DNA of 64,000 bases from Desulfomicrobium sp. GTDB lineage: Bacteria; Desulfobacterota; Desulfovibrionia; Desulfovibrionales; Desulfomicrobiaceae. Position numbers and translations under genes: made by a program. Below, in pieces: positions 1 to 10,238 of the stretch (its first letter is position 1; every line of letters starts with the position of its first letter). The notes under the pieces were generated by a model that saw nothing but the letters and a program-made list of their open reading frames with translations, made no database searches and was not told the origin of the DNA. The stretch lies in assembly GCA_040768745.1 (NCBI GenBank), contig JAXGMI010000001.1:160001-224000 (forward strand), in the 5' to 3' direction.

Positions 1-666
1 ATACTGGCATTTGGTGGACAGGCTCTCGGCCAGGGATCTGGTGAAAAGAGGAGGCATGTGCTGCACCACGAAAATCGGCACTCCCAGCCTGGGCAGCTGC
101 GGCAGCACCCTGGCCAGGGCGTTGGGTCCCCCAGTGGAAACCCCAATGGCCACGACCTTGGACTTGCCGGTCCGCTTCGCGGAAGAACCAGTCGTTGGAA
201 CGCGCTGGGCCTGCGCACCCCCTCCAACGCGATACCGCTCCCGCAGCATGGCCCGCATTTCCAGCCGCTTGGCAAAGGCGTTGACGCGCGCCAACAGCGC
301 GTATTTGAGCGTCTGTATGTTTTCCTGCCTGGCCTCTGCATCAGGCTTGGCAATGAAATCAAAGGCTCCCAGTTCAAGCGCTTTCATGGTGATTTCACTG
401 CCGCGCTTGGTCAAGGTGGACAGCATGATCACCCCGACATCCGAAAAATTCGTTACGATTTCCTGCAGTGTTTCAAGTCCACCCATGACGGGCATTTCGA
501 CGTCCAGGGTGATGAGATGGGGTTTGAGGCTTGCAATGCGGGACAGGGCGATCTTGCCGTTACTGGCAGTGCCCACCACCTCAACTCCGGGTATTTCGGC
601 CAGCAGATCGCTCACTACCTTGCGGTACATGATCATATCGTCAACTACCAGGACGCGCAGATGCAT
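1..666 (-). CDS. cheB: Chemotaxis methylesterase CheB (runs off window edge)
   Basis: Hand translation: MHLRVLVVDD...TLDVEMP...FDFIAKP receiver domain, then VVAIGVSTGGP and VVQHMP methylesterase motifs. GGAG upstream; follows cheA/cheW. Confidence 0.93.
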   Translation of the reverse strand, partial: MHLRVLVVDDMIMYRKVVSDLLAEIPGVEVVGTASNGKIALSRIASLKPHLITLDVEMPVMGGLETLQEIVTNFSDVGVIMLSTLTKRGSEITMKALELGAFDFIAKPDAEARQENIQTLKYALLARVNAFAKRLEMRAMLRERYRVGGGAQAQRVPTTGSSAKRTGKSKVVAIGVSTGGPNALARVLPQLPRLGVPIFVVQHMPPLFTRSLAESLSTKCQY

Positions 667-875
667 CGAATCTCCCGATCTTTTTTGCCCGGACAATACC
701 AGAGTAGATACCTAAACTTCTTTTGGAGCCGCTAGTCCTGGTCCATGGGCCTGCTGAACAGTTTTCAGCCCGGCCTTCCTTCCCTGCAGGGTCCCCTCTC
801 GTGGCCAGAGTAGAAAGGACGATGTGCTGGTTCCGGAAAAGGCCGGATTTCCATGCGCTGGCTTGGGCCCCAGAT

Positions 876-1325
876 CTACTCGTCGCCCAGCACTTCCTCG
901 ACGTCCAGAATGGCCACGAGATCACTGGAGGCCTTCAGCACCCCCAGAAAATATGCATCCTTCATCCCTTTGATGTTGGAAGGCGTCGGCCCCACCTCTT
1001 CCCACTTGGCCTTGACCACATCGGTGATCCTGTCGACCAGGAGCCCTATGTTTTCCTCCCGGGAATTGACGATGATGATTCTGCTGCTGTCCGTCTGCTT
1101 CGACGGCGCGAGTCCCAGTTTTCGTCCGAGATCGATGATGGTCACGATCCGGCCGCGCAGATTCATGATGCCGAGCACGTATGCCGGAGCCTGGGGAACC
1201 CTGGTCATTTCCAGCTGCCTGTTCATTTCCTGAATGACATTGATGTCGATTCCGCATAGCGCGGAACCCACGAAGAAACAGGCCAGCTGTACTGGACCGG
1301 TCATCGCCTTGGCTGCATGCTCCAT
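876..1325 (-). CDS. cheW: Chemotaxis adaptor CheW
   Basis: TRVPQAPAYVLGIMNLRGRIVTIIDL and GLLVD motifs. Alternative start at 1304. Confidence 0.93.
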   Translation of the reverse strand: MEHAAKAMTGPVQLACFFVGSALCGIDINVIQEMNRQLEMTRVPQAPAYVLGIMNLRGRIVTIIDLGRKLGLAPSKQTDSSRIIIVNSREENIGLLVDRITDVVKAKWEEVGPTPSNIKGMKDAYFLGVLKASSDLVAILDVEEVLGDE

Positions 1326-1344
1326 GGGCTTTTGCCTCTCTCGT

Positions 1345-4300
1345 TCAGCTCGCGTAGCGCTTCAAACAGTCATAAATGGTTTGCAGAAGCAGCTCCCTGT
1401 CCAGCTTGATCTGATAATCATCGATCCCCAGGGCCTTGCCTCTGGCCATATCCTCATCCCCGGCCAACGAAGTCAGCGCAACGATGGGCACCATGGAAAA
1501 ACGGGTGTCCTGACGGATGCGCCGGGCCAGTTCAAAACCGTCCATGTTGGGCATTTCGATGTCTGTGACGACCAGGTCGAATTTTTCAGGCTCGCCTTCC
1601 AGCATTGTCCACGCAACGAGGCCGTCCGGGGCCACCTCCACGGTGTACCCGTCATCCTCTATGAATTTTTTGACCTGATTGCGGAAAAAATCCGAATCCT
1701 CCACCAGAAGAAGGTGCGGGACACCCACCTGGCCCGCGTCGTCCGGGATTTCAACGGTTCCCCGCACGGCGAACCAGTCCGGCTGCACAGTTTGAATCAG
1801 CTCGAAAATGTCCACGAGCAACGTCGTGTTGCCCCCAATGACAGCCGAGCCGCTGATGCCGGGCTGCTTGAGGGTGAAGGTATCCACCCTCAGGCTCACC
1901 TCCATGGCGTCCACGGGCTGCTTGGCCAGGAGTCCGATCTCATGCCCAGCCATGAGAAAAACGATGACCACCAGTTCCCCCGAAAGCTCCATCATGCCCA
2001 CGTTGGCGGCTTGATCCATGGAGAATACCGGGAGGGTCCCTCCCCGATACTTGATCACCCTTCGGCCGCCCAATTCCTCGATCTCCTCTGCATTGACCAG
2101 CTCCACGCGGGCCACAAGGTCAAGCGGCACAGCGCAATGCTCCTGCGGGGTGTTGCGGAAGAGGAAAAGGGAAAGACGTTCCTCATTCTCGTCGGACGCG
2201 CTGCCTCTGGCCACCTGCACTGTCCGCTCACGGGCGCTTCCCAGGCCCAACTCGCCCAGGCGGCCGAGGCCAACCACATCCAGGATCAGGGCCACATGGC
2301 CGTCTCCCATGATCGTCGCGCCGGCATATCCCTGGCAGGACTTGAAATGGCGGCCCAAAGGCTTGACCACGATCTCCACGGAATCATGCAGCCGGTCCAC
2401 CACCAACCCATAACGAAACTGGCCGGCAGAAACGACCACCACATGGATGTCATCCCGGTCACATTTTTCATCTCCCCATTGGGATGCAGACGCATCCCCC
2501 CGGAGTATTCCGGCAACCATGCGTGAGGCCTGACACGCCCCGGCATCGAGACCAAGCACGTTGGACAGATACAAAAGCGGAATCAGCTCACCTCGCAGCA
2601 CAAGCACTTCCGCATCACCGACCAATTCCACCCGTTCCCGGATCTGGTCCACAGAAAGTCTGAGCAGCTCGTCCACATTGACCTGCGGGATGGCGTAGCG
2701 TTCCTGACCAATGGATACAAGCAGACTCGGGATGATGGCCAGCGTCAAAGGGAGCTTGATGCGGATGGTCGTTCCGTGCCCTTGGGATGTTTCGATGTCC
2801 ACCTGCCCGCCCAGCTGATCCAGGTTTGACTTCACCACATCCATGCCCACACCCCGGCCTGAGACATCTGTCACCTTCTCAGCCGTGGACAACCCGGGCA
2901 GAAAAATCAAGTGGGCCTTTTCCTTGCCGGACATGTTTTTGGCCTGATCCAGCGTAATGAGCCCGCGGGCCAGGGCTTTTTCCACAATCTTGTCGGTGTT
3001 GAGCCCCCGGCCGTCATCGACGATCTCAATGATAACCTGTCCGGCTTCATGATAGGCCTTCAGAATGATTGTGCCTGTGGAAGGCTTCCCCGCCCTCACC
3101 CGTTCATCCGGAGTCTCTATCCCGTGATCAGCAGAGTTGCGGACCAGATGGGTCAGCGGATCACCCAGTCCCTCGATGATGGTCTTGTCCAGTTCCACAT
3201 CATTGCCTTCGAGCTGCAGGTCGATCTCTTTACCCAGGTTACGGGCGAGATCGCGGACAACGCGCGGAAACTTGTTGAAGATGTTGCCCACGGTCTGCAT
3301 ACGCGTAAGCATGATCGTTTCCTGCAGCTCCGAGGTGACCAGGTCCAGACGCTGACCCGCCACCTCGATCTGGTGGAAGGTATTGGTGGAAATGGCCTGC
3401 ATGAGCTGATTGCGGCTCAGGACCAGCTCCCCGGCCAGATTCATGAGATTTTCCAGAAGGCTCACGTGCACCCGCAGGGTATCCGATTGGGATGCGGCCG
3501 ACCTGGAAGTCCTTGATTCAACCTTTGGTCCGTCTTGGGACCAGGACTTTGGCAGCCCTGCCTTCGTGGGCTGCTCCATGGGCTGATCGACCTGATTCGA
3601 GAGGGGCTGGCCGGGTGCCGCAGCGGGCATTGGGGGAACGGCAACGTCGCCATCCAGGGACTGCTGCTTCTGGATGTCGGCGTGCCCCTCGTGCAGGGAG
3701 CCAGGGCGAGGGGTCTCAGGATCACTGAGCCTGTCCGCAGAGGCGGCGGACGAGGCCGAAGAGGTGCCAAAACGCAGAGGCATGATGCATTCCTGCTTCA
3801 GTTCAAGCAGTGCAGGGATGATATCGTCCTCGATGATGGAGCCAAAAAGAGCGAACAGGGGGATCCGCTGGGAGAAATGCCCGTCTTCCAGGTCCCCCAC
3901 CGCCTCGACATCCACCTTCAGATCCAGGATCGTTCCGGTCGAATCCATGGTCTGGACGAGGTCGAGGGGATTTTTGTTCTTATCCTGAACGTCATGAATG
4001 AGATCAAATTCGAGGAGATAGAGATTTTTGCCGCCTTTGCAGTGCTGCAGAAGAACGGTCTCGGGCAGAGAAAAAATGATGCGACCAGAACGGTCCGCAA
4101 TATCGACGGCACGGTCCGCCGCCTTGTTTTCCAAGGTCTGAGATCGATGGGAAGCAACGCTTGTCAAAGCCGCAATATGGTCCTCGATATCCTCGTCATT
4201 GCTTCGGGCCACGTTGCCGATCAGGTCCCGCAATTTGTCAAAGGCCAACAGGACAATGTTGACCACGTCCGGTTCCGGGGTCAATTCGCGGTTGCGGATC

Positions 4301-4527
4301 ATGTCCAGCACGCCTTCGATCTTGTGTCCAAGATCCTTGATTTTAGTCAGACCCAGAAAGCCCGCGCCACCTTTGATGGAATGGGCCGCGCGGAAGACCT
4401 TGTTGACCAGTTCTTCGTCGATTTGGGCTCCGGCCTGCTCGATGGCCAGCAGATCATTCTCGATATCGCCAAGGTGTTCGGCCGATTCTTCCACGTACAT
4501 CTGCAGCGTCTCGTCATCCATCATCAT
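1345..4527 (-). CDS. cheA: Hybrid chemotaxis histidine kinase CheA (Hpt, HATPase, two CheW-like domains, C-terminal receiver)
   Basis: FRAAHSIKG Hpt; HLVRNSADHGIE; SGRGVGMDVV; C-terminal LLVEDS...TDIEMP receiver. Confidence 0.95.
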   Translation of the reverse strand: MMMDDETLQMYVEESAEHLGDIENDLLAIEQAGAQIDEELVNKVFRAAHSIKGGAGFLGLTKIKDLGHKIEGVLDMIRNRELTPEPDVVNIVLLAFDKLRDLIGNVARSNDEDIEDHIAALTSVASHRSQTLENKAADRAVDIADRSGRIIFSLPETVLLQHCKGGKNLYLLEFDLIHDVQDKNKNPLDLVQTMDSTGTILDLKVDVEAVGDLEDGHFSQRIPLFALFGSIIEDDIIPALLELKQECIMPLRFGTSSASSAASADRLSDPETPRPGSLHEGHADIQKQQSLDGDVAVPPMPAAAPGQPLSNQVDQPMEQPTKAGLPKSWSQDGPKVESRTSRSAASQSDTLRVHVSLLENLMNLAGELVLSRNQLMQAISTNTFHQIEVAGQRLDLVTSELQETIMLTRMQTVGNIFNKFPRVVRDLARNLGKEIDLQLEGNDVELDKTIIEGLGDPLTHLVRNSADHGIETPDERVRAGKPSTGTIILKAYHEAGQVIIEIVDDGRGLNTDKIVEKALARGLITLDQAKNMSGKEKAHLIFLPGLSTAEKVTDVSGRGVGMDVVKSNLDQLGGQVDIETSQGHGTTIRIKLPLTLAIIPSLLVSIGQERYAIPQVNVDELLRLSVDQIRERVELVGDAEVLVLRGELIPLLYLSNVLGLDAGACQASRMVAGILRGDASASQWGDEKCDRDDIHVVVVSAGQFRYGLVVDRLHDSVEIVVKPLGRHFKSCQGYAGATIMGDGHVALILDVVGLGRLGELGLGSARERTVQVARGSASDENEERLSLFLFRNTPQEHCAVPLDLVARVELVNAEEIEELGGRRVIKYRGGTLPVFSMDQAANVGMMELSGELVVIVFLMAGHEIGLLAKQPVDAMEVSLRVDTFTLKQPGISGSAVIGGNTTLLVDIFELIQTVQPDWFAVRGTVEIPDDAGQVGVPHLLLVEDSDFFRNQVKKFIEDDGYTVEVAPDGLVAWTMLEGEPEKFDLVVTDIEMPNMDGFELARRIRQDTRFSMVPIVALTSLAGDEDMARGKALGIDDYQIKLDRELLLQTIYDCLKRYAS

Positions 4528-4693
4528 GGCGTGAACTCCGTGAAATTTTCAACCAGCGGGCATGACCAACCCTGCCCCAGATCTCCGTAAAAGAGCAGGC
4601 CACCCGGTGAACCCTCGTGTTCCACCAGCCTACGTGGCTGTCAGCAAAGGTCGTCTTCTTTTCCACCCTTGACCCGGAGCTGGAGACCACCTC

Positions 4694-4996
4694 CTAGGCG
4701 CGCATGTTCAAATGCTGGTCAAGACGCATGGATCGAAACATTTTCATGATATTTTCCGGAATATTGACGAGCGAGAAATGTCCACCGATCTTCTGCATGG
4801 AATTGTGCATGGCAATGACCATGCCCATTCCCACAATGTCCATCTTCTTGGTGCCGTCGAGATCGAGCCGCAATTCCAACGGACCTTCATGCAGGAGGTT
4901 GACCACCTCGTGTTTGAAACCCGGAACCGTCGCTGCCACAAGATCGTGTTCTGGGCTGATCGTGACGAGGACACCTTCTCGGACAACGGTCGACAT
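4694..4996 (-). CDS. STAS-domain (anti-anti-sigma-like) protein
   Basis: LRLDLDGTKKMDIVGMGMVI STAS-like pattern. Start chosen at MSTVVREG after AAGGAG. Confidence 0.75.
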   Translation of the reverse strand: MSTVVREGVLVTISPEHDLVAATVPGFKHEVVNLLHEGPLELRLDLDGTKKMDIVGMGMVIAMHNSMQKIGGHFSLVNIPENIMKMFRSMRLDQHLNMRA

Positions 4997-5159
4997 GCCA
5001 GACTCCTTGTGGGCTGGATCTTGATCAGGGCCTGCGTTCTTCTCATCCGGGCCCACATGCACAAAGACCCTACAGCAGCCTCAATTTATTGCAACAACAA
5101 CTGAACATTCCGGGCAATCGCGGTCAGGAGAACAGTCTCTGCATGACGGACTGATACCG

Positions 5160-6593
5160 TCATTCCGGGTCAGCCTGCATGCCCTGGATCTTTGACTCCC
5201 TGCTTCTGGCCACAATGCTCTTGGCCGGGATGAGCCCCGTGGCTGCGGCCGAGACGATGTTCCCGGCCACGCCCGGCCCGTCGCCAGCCACGTAGAGCCC
5301 GGCAATGGCCGTTTCCAGATTTTCGTTGCACTCCACCTGGGTGGCGAAGAACTTGATCTCCGGCGCGTAGAGGAGCGTTTCATCGTTGGCCACGCCGGGC
5401 ACCACGAGATTGAGCTTCTCCAGGCCCTCCACCAGGTTGGTCAGGATGCGCTCGGGCAGGGCCATGGCGATGTCGCCGCAGACGACCTTCTTCAGCGTCG
5501 GTTCGATGTAGCTGTTGCGGATGCGGTTCCAGGTGGAGCGCCGCCCGCGCTTCAGGTCCCCGAAGCGCTGCAGGATGGGCTTGCCACCGCCGATGAGGGT
5601 GGCCAGGCGGCCGATGGACTCGCCGTAGGCCTGGTTGTCCGTGACCGGCTCATTCAGGACAACCTTGGACAGGAAGGCGAAGTTGGTGTTTTCGCTCTTC
5701 TTGTCCATGTAGGCATGGCCGTTGACGCAGACGAAATCCTGGTAGTTCTCCTGGGCGATGAACCCGCCGTAATTGGTACAGAAGGTGCGGGTCAGATCGT
5801 CGTACTTGGAGGTGCGGATGAAGAAGGTCGGGTCGTAGATGATGGAGCATAGGTCCTGCATGATCTCGTTGTGGACCTCCACGCGCACCCCGACCTCGAT
5901 GCCCCGCTGGGTCACGGCCAGGCCGTGGCGCTGCACGAGCTGGCCGACCCACTCGGCGCCGACCCGGCCCGGGGCCAGGATGACGTTTTCGGCGCGGTGC
6001 TCGCCCTTGTCCGTGATCACTCCGCGCACGCGGCCGCCTTGGACCAGGATGTCGCGGACCTCCTCCCTGGTGCGCACGGTCACGCCCCTGGACTGGATGT
6101 ACTCGACCATGCCCGTGATGTGGCCGGGCAGGTTGTCGCTGCCCAGATGCTTCTGCTTGATGACCAGCAGGTCGATACCGAACTTGCGGGCCTCCTTGCG
6201 GATGGACTTGGCCTCCTCGATGTTGGTCGGGTAGACCTTGCCGTCCATACCGAAACGGTTGAAAATGGTTTCGGTCTCGTCAATCAATCGCATGGCCTGG
6301 CCCGCGCTCATGAACTGGGTCAGGTCGGTCTTGCCCAGCTTGTGGATGAAGTTGAGCTTGCCATCGGAAAAGAGCCCGGCCCCGCCCATGCCGGAAAGAA
6401 TGTTGCACGGTTTGCAGTGAACGCAGTCCTGCTCTCCCACCAAAGGACAGTTTCTGGACTTGGAGGCCCGGCCCTTCTCAATCAGCAGCACCTCCAGGCT
6501 GGAGTGCTCCGCCAGATGAAAGGCGGCAAAGAGCCCGGCCGGACCACCTCCAACGATGATGACGTCGAATTTCTTCCTTTCCACGGATTTCAC
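5160..6593 (-). CDS. NAD(P)/FAD-dependent oxidoreductase
   Basis: GGGPAG dinucleotide motif, GGAGLFSDGKL, GLYVAGDG. GTG start overlaps the typA stop. Confidence 0.85.
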   Translation of the reverse strand: MKSVERKKFDVIIVGGGPAGLFAAFHLAEHSSLEVLLIEKGRASKSRNCPLVGEQDCVHCKPCNILSGMGGAGLFSDGKLNFIHKLGKTDLTQFMSAGQAMRLIDETETIFNRFGMDGKVYPTNIEEAKSIRKEARKFGIDLLVIKQKHLGSDNLPGHITGMVEYIQSRGVTVRTREEVRDILVQGGRVRGVITDKGEHRAENVILAPGRVGAEWVGQLVQRHGLAVTQRGIEVGVRVEVHNEIMQDLCSIIYDPTFFIRTSKYDDLTRTFCTNYGGFIAQENYQDFVCVNGHAYMDKKSENTNFAFLSKVVLNEPVTDNQAYGESIGRLATLIGGGKPILQRFGDLKRGRRSTWNRIRNSYIEPTLKKVVCGDIAMALPERILTNLVEGLEKLNLVVPGVANDETLLYAPEIKFFATQVECNENLETAIAGLYVAGDGPGVAGNIVSAAATGLIPAKSIVARSRESKIQGMQADPE

Positions 6594-8425
6594 TTGCCCT
6601 CGGTCTTCTTTTTCCTGGCCGTCATGGTATGGCGCTTTTGGGCCGAAAGCTCGACCTTGCGCAGGCGGATACTCTGGGGCGTCACTTCCACCATCTCGTC
6701 ATCCCGAATGAAATTCAGCGCCTTTTCGAGGGTCATGGGCAGCACCGGCGTAAGAATGATGGCCTCATCCTTTCCTGAAGCCCGCAGGTTCGTGAGCTTC
6801 TTTTCCTTGGTGGGGTTGACGTCGATGTCGTTTTCACGGTTGTGCTCGCCGATGATCATGCCTTCGTAAACGGGATCTCCCGGCTGAACGAACATGCGCC
6901 CACGGGGCTCCAGATTGAAAATGGCATAGGGTATGGCCTGGCCTTGGCGGTCGCTGACCAGGGAACCTGAAAAGCGGGTTGGAAAATCCCCCCGGTATTC
7001 GCCGTACCCGTCAAAAAGGGAGTTCATGATCCCAGTGCCCTTGGTATCGGTCAGGAACTCGTCCCGGTAGCCGATCAGGGCCCGGGACGGTACGGAGAAT
7101 TCCATGCGCACGCGGCCGCTGCCGTTGTTGACCAGGTTCAGAAGCTTTCCACGACGGATGGACAGTTTTTCCGTGACCACACCCATGAATGCCTCGTCGC
7201 AATCCACGTACACATGTTCCAGGGGCTCCATGCGCTTGCCGTTCTTCGTCTTGTAGATAACCTCGGGACGGCCCACGCCCAGTTCGAATCCCTCCCGGCG
7301 CATGGTCTCGATGATGATGGCCAGTTGGAACTCGCCCCGGCCCTTGACCATCATGGAATCCTTGTCCTCGCTTTCATCCACCTGGATGGCCACGTTGATC
7401 AACGCCTCCTTTTCCAGACGGTCCTTGATCTTGCGGGACTGCACGATCTTGCCTTCCCGGCCGGCAAAAGGCGATGTGTTGATGGTGAAACGCATGGATA
7501 CCGTGGGCTCGTCCACGTCGATGCGCTTCAGTCTGACCGGGCTCTCCTTCAGGCAAATGGTGTCGCCGATGTTGACCTTATCCAGGCCCGCCAGAACCAT
7601 GATGTCGCCCATCTCGACCTGCTCCTGATCCTTGAGCTGCAGGCCCTCGTATGCCTGAACTTTGGTCGGACGGAAGAGAGTTTGGGCATCGTTTTCGCCC
7701 ATGCACAGGAGGTCCGTCTTCTCGCGCAGGGTGCCGGCCTTGATCTTGCCGATGACCAGCCGGCCCAGGTAGTCTGAATACCCCAGATCCGAGACAAGCA
7801 TATGAAAGGGCGCGGACGGATCAAAGCGCGGACCCGGGATACGCTCCACAATAAGATCGAAAAGAGCATGCAGGTTCCCCTCCCGCTGGTCCAGTGTGGG
7901 AGAAGCTATGCCTTCCCGCCCGATGGCATACAGCACAGGGAATTCCAACTGCTCCTCATCCGCCCCGAGATCGATAAACAGGTCGTAGACTTCGTCCAGC
8001 ACCTCCTGGGGCCGGGCATCGGCGCGGTCGATCTTGTTCACGACGACGAGGATGGGCAGGCTGGCGTCCAGGGCCTTCTTCAACACGAAACGGGTCTGAG
8101 GCAGAGGGCCTTCGGAAGAGTCCACCAGCAGGACAGCGCCATCGACCATGGACAGGGCGCGCTCCACCTCCCCGCCGAAATCAGCATGCCCGGGAGTATC
8201 CACGATGTTGATCTTCACGTCCCTCCATCGCACGGAACAATTCTTGGCGGCAATGGTGATTCCGCGTTCACGTTCCAGGTCCATGGAATCCATGACCCGT
8301 TCATCCACGGATTGGTTCTCCCGGAACACGCCGGACTGTCGGAACATGGCATCCACCAGGGTGGTTTTTCCGTGATCGACGTGGGCAATGATGGCAATAT
8401 TTCTGATGCGCTCATTTTTCTGCAT
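6590..8425 (-). CDS. typA: Translational GTPase TypA/BipA
   Basis: IRNIAIIAHVDHGKTT, DTPGHADFGGEVE, NKID and C-terminal VEVTPQSIRLRK. AAGGAG upstream of MQKNE. Confidence 0.97.
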   Translation of the reverse strand: MQKNERIRNIAIIAHVDHGKTTLVDAMFRQSGVFRENQSVDERVMDSMDLERERGITIAAKNCSVRWRDVKINIVDTPGHADFGGEVERALSMVDGAVLLVDSSEGPLPQTRFVLKKALDASLPILVVVNKIDRADARPQEVLDEVYDLFIDLGADEEQLEFPVLYAIGREGIASPTLDQREGNLHALFDLIVERIPGPRFDPSAPFHMLVSDLGYSDYLGRLVIGKIKAGTLREKTDLLCMGENDAQTLFRPTKVQAYEGLQLKDQEQVEMGDIMVLAGLDKVNIGDTICLKESPVRLKRIDVDEPTVSMRFTINTSPFAGREGKIVQSRKIKDRLEKEALINVAIQVDESEDKDSMMVKGRGEFQLAIIIETMRREGFELGVGRPEVIYKTKNGKRMEPLEHVYVDCDEAFMGVVTEKLSIRRGKLLNLVNNGSGRVRMEFSVPSRALIGYRDEFLTDTKGTGIMNSLFDGYGEYRGDFPTRFSGSLVSDRQGQAIPYAIFNLEPRGRMFVQPGDPVYEGMIIGEHNRENDIDVNPTKEKKLTNLRASGKDEAIILTPVLPMTLEKALNFIRDDEMVEVTPQSIRLRKVELSAQKRHTMTARKKKTEGK

Positions 8426-8450
8426 GTGACAATCGTTCTCCTTCAGGCAT

Positions 8451-8512
8451 AAAAAAACGGCCTCTGTTCCGAAGCCGGTTCGGCATGTCGTGCGCACCCC
8501 GCACGAAACCGG
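8451..8512 (-). promoter_or_regulatory. Terminator/antiterminator-like structure in the typA leader
   Basis: Minus strand CGGCTTC-GGAACA-GAGGCCG-T7 ends ~25 nt before the typA ATG. Upstream are a hairpin TCGTGCG/CGCACGA and a CCGGTT that can pair with AACCGG. Confidence 0.5.
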
Positions 8513-8685
8513 TTTTCCGCTACGCCCAACCTGAAATGGACGTCAAGGAGCAATTGACCAACCAAGGCCGCTTTGCCAAGGCTCCCCTTGGCTTTCCGGC
8601 CTGGCAGGCTGCTTCTCAACGGGGGGCTCCTGTGACCAGGCATCAGCGCATGGGCAAACAGAATGCGCGGACCTGCATCCCAGAT

Positions 8686-9123
8686 CTACTTCCTGGGGGC
8701 GCAACGCAGGTTTTTCAGCCCGTCCCGGAACAGCACCTCCACCGTATTGAAACTGACGAACTTCTGCACAGCCCCCAAACCAAAGACCGGATGGTCCATG
8801 ACGTCGCCTGCCCTGAAGGAGGCGGCCATGGAGTAGGGCACGAGACTGCCGGCATCAGCTACAGATTTTTCCCACTGGGCCTCCACCGATGCGCTTTGTT
8901 TGCGGGAAGGGGAGGTCGTCCTCGGCGCCTTGGGCGCAGCAGGCTGTTTGATCTTCACCTCGGCCGAGGGCGACTGGTAGGCGTGCCGGGCCAGGCAGAT
9001 CTTGCATTCCACCTTGGCAATCCTGCCTTTATCCATAACCACCACATGGTGGTCTGTTACGGTCTTGCATCGTTTGCACAGGGACTCCACGGAACTGCCG
9101 GCCTGTATCTGATTCTGGGACAT
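8686..9123 (-). CDS. Hypothetical protein: CxxC...CxxC Zn-ribbon plus C-terminal Tudor-like motif
   Basis: CKRC...CKIC; C-terminal FRAGDVMDHPVFGLGAV. Confidence 0.7.
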   Translation of the reverse strand: MSQNQIQAGSSVESLCKRCKTVTDHHVVVMDKGRIAKVECKICLARHAYQSPSAEVKIKQPAAPKAPRTTSPSRKQSASVEAQWEKSVADAGSLVPYSMAASFRAGDVMDHPVFGLGAVQKFVSFNTVEVLFRDGLKNLRCAPRK

Positions 9124-9525
9124 CACGCTTCCTAAATTGTAACGGGTGGAAAAAAAAGCCACAAAGAAAACTCCTTGTGGCAACCGGAATGATTGTTCTC
9201 TTTCCTACGCCGTGGGCCCGATTAACGCAATGCCCGGAGAAGGGGTTCAGCCGCAGGGCCAGCAGTGCGAAATTCTCTGCCCGCCTGAAACATAAACCTC
9301 TACTTTACCTTTTTGATTCATTGTCCCCTGCTTGCCCCGGACTGACACCTTTTGTGTCCCTGGGGTGAGAACTTTCCTTTCGAAACCATGCGCCGGGTAC
9401 TGCCCATGCTTCCCGACTTGCAGGACCGGTGCGCTGGCCAGCACCGCCCTCATCCAGGCTGGACCTTGACCCGTGTCGAGAATATGCAGACAAATCAGGA
9501 ACCGTTTCGCATGCCTGGAGGCCGT

Positions 9526-10230
9526 ATGTCCATGTATTCCAAATTCGCTGCCTGGTACGATCGCATCTTTCCTTTCAGCCCGGGGGTCTATGCCTTTCTG
9601 AGCCACCACCTTGGGGACAGGGGTGGCCCCGTCCTGGACCTGGGATGTGGCACTGGGGACTACTGTGCGGCTTTTACCCGGGAAGGTATTCAGGCCGTGG
9701 GTCTGGATCTGGACCTGGAGATGATCGCCCAGGCCATGGCCCGCTCGCCCAGGACCGAGTTCCATGTTCTGGATATGGCCCTTTTTTCACAGTTGCCAGG
9801 ACCTTGGAGCATGATCTTCTCCATCGGCAACACGGCAGCCCATCTGCCCCAAAACCGCTTCTGGGCCTGCGTCGAGGACATCGCCGAGAACCTCCTCCAG
9901 CATGGCGTGTGGATCGTGCAGGTCATGAACTGGGACTATGTCCTTGGTCTGCCCGCCTTTTCATTCCCTCCCAAGATCATGGACGGGGCGACATTCCATC
10001 GCGCATATGAAGATATCACTCCGGAGGGACTTACCTTCCGCACCGGGCTGGACATCGACGGTCAGCGTGTTTTTGACGATTGCGTTCGCCTGCATCCCAT
10101 GACCTCGACCGCTATCATCGACGGGCATGCCGAGCGGGGATTCCGTCTGGTGGAGCATGTGTCCGACTATGCGGGCAGCGGGTTCGACCCGGAGGTCTTT
10201 TCCGCAAATATTTTTGTGTTCACCCGCTAG
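9526..10230 (+). CDS. Class I SAM-dependent methyltransferase
   Basis: VLDLGCGTG motif I; GGAGG before the ATG. Confidence 0.88.
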   Translation: MSMYSKFAAWYDRIFPFSPGVYAFLSHHLGDRGGPVLDLGCGTGDYCAAFTREGIQAVGLDLDLEMIAQAMARSPRTEFHVLDMALFSQLPGPWSMIFSIGNTAAHLPQNRFWACVEDIAENLLQHGVWIVQVMNWDYVLGLPAFSFPPKIMDGATFHRAYEDITPEGLTFRTGLDIDGQRVFDDCVRLHPMTSTAIIDGHAERGFRLVEHVSDYAGSGFDPEVFSANIFVFTR

Positions 10231-10238
10231 GGACGGAT

